44,201 nt of DNA from a virus (taxonomy: Duplodnaviria; Caudoviricetes). Location of the stretch: IMG/VR virus record IMGVR_UViG_3300020045_005005, positions 1-44,201 of that record; one strand, 5' to 3'. A program made the position numbers and the translations under genes. Each line of letters starts with the position of its first letter. Position 1 is the first letter of the stretch. Below are positions 44,073-44,201 of the stretch, in pieces. The notes beneath the pieces are model-generated. The model did no database searches. It was not told the origin of the DNA and saw only the letters and a list, made by a program, of their open reading frames with translations.

Positions 44073-44201
44073 TGGAAGTACCAAAAACCCACAAAGAGCA
44101 AAAGTATTCCGAGTTTTTCAAAGCTTGGTTAAAATCAGACCAAATTATACCACAATCAACTATTGCATTATTTACAAAATGTCAAAACGAAATAAGATTA
44201 G

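Larger units (their letters stand above)
4318..44201 (+). mobile_element. Probable complete 39.9-kb siphovirus-like Bacteroidota phage genome (circular unit)
   Basis: Replication, packaging, head, tail and lysis modules are all present; 44081-44201 is identical to 4197-4317, which closes a circle. Confidence 0.85.
40484..44201 (+). repeat. Right, divergent copy of the lysis/early region
   Basis: Same conserved blocks as the left copy, e.g. MSTKEQNDVIEIKGEIG and MKDFNTAITEAKLDY ORFs and the identical intergenic segment 42747-42910. Confidence 0.95.

Overview
An AT-rich, nearly all plus-strand tailed phage genome, siphovirus-like with an HK97 capsid and a 1075-aa tape measure. The host is probably a Bacteroidota bacterium such as Flavobacterium, judged from TAnnTTTG promoters, A-rich SD-less start regions and a DUF3127-like gene. 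Gene order: lysis, small early genes, recombination/replication (YqaJ exonuclease, initiator, primase-helicase, RusA), small ORFs, an IS1595-family island, terS/terL, a moron, head, tail, lysis again. The island carries an XRE-ImmA metallopeptidase pair and probable ncRNAs. No integrase, tRNA, CRISPR or RT was seen. The two ends (~190-4317 and ~40484-44201) are mosaic alleles of the same lysis/early region. The last 121 nt match 4197-4317 exactly, so the window is probably a 39,884-bp circle plus an allelic arm from a sister phage. That gives a built-in two-strain comparison. Best leads: (1) a conserved sRNA antisense to the phage's own translation-start motif; (2) a co-varying Pro/Arg-tailed peptide plus membrane protein pair ahead of the holins; (3) recurring promoter-leader-terminator RNA switches with loop pairing; (4) sharply bounded GGCC/GGWCC-enriched modules; (5) the IS1595 island with a TA-like pair and flanking non-coding transcripts. 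All counts were made by eye and no searches were run.
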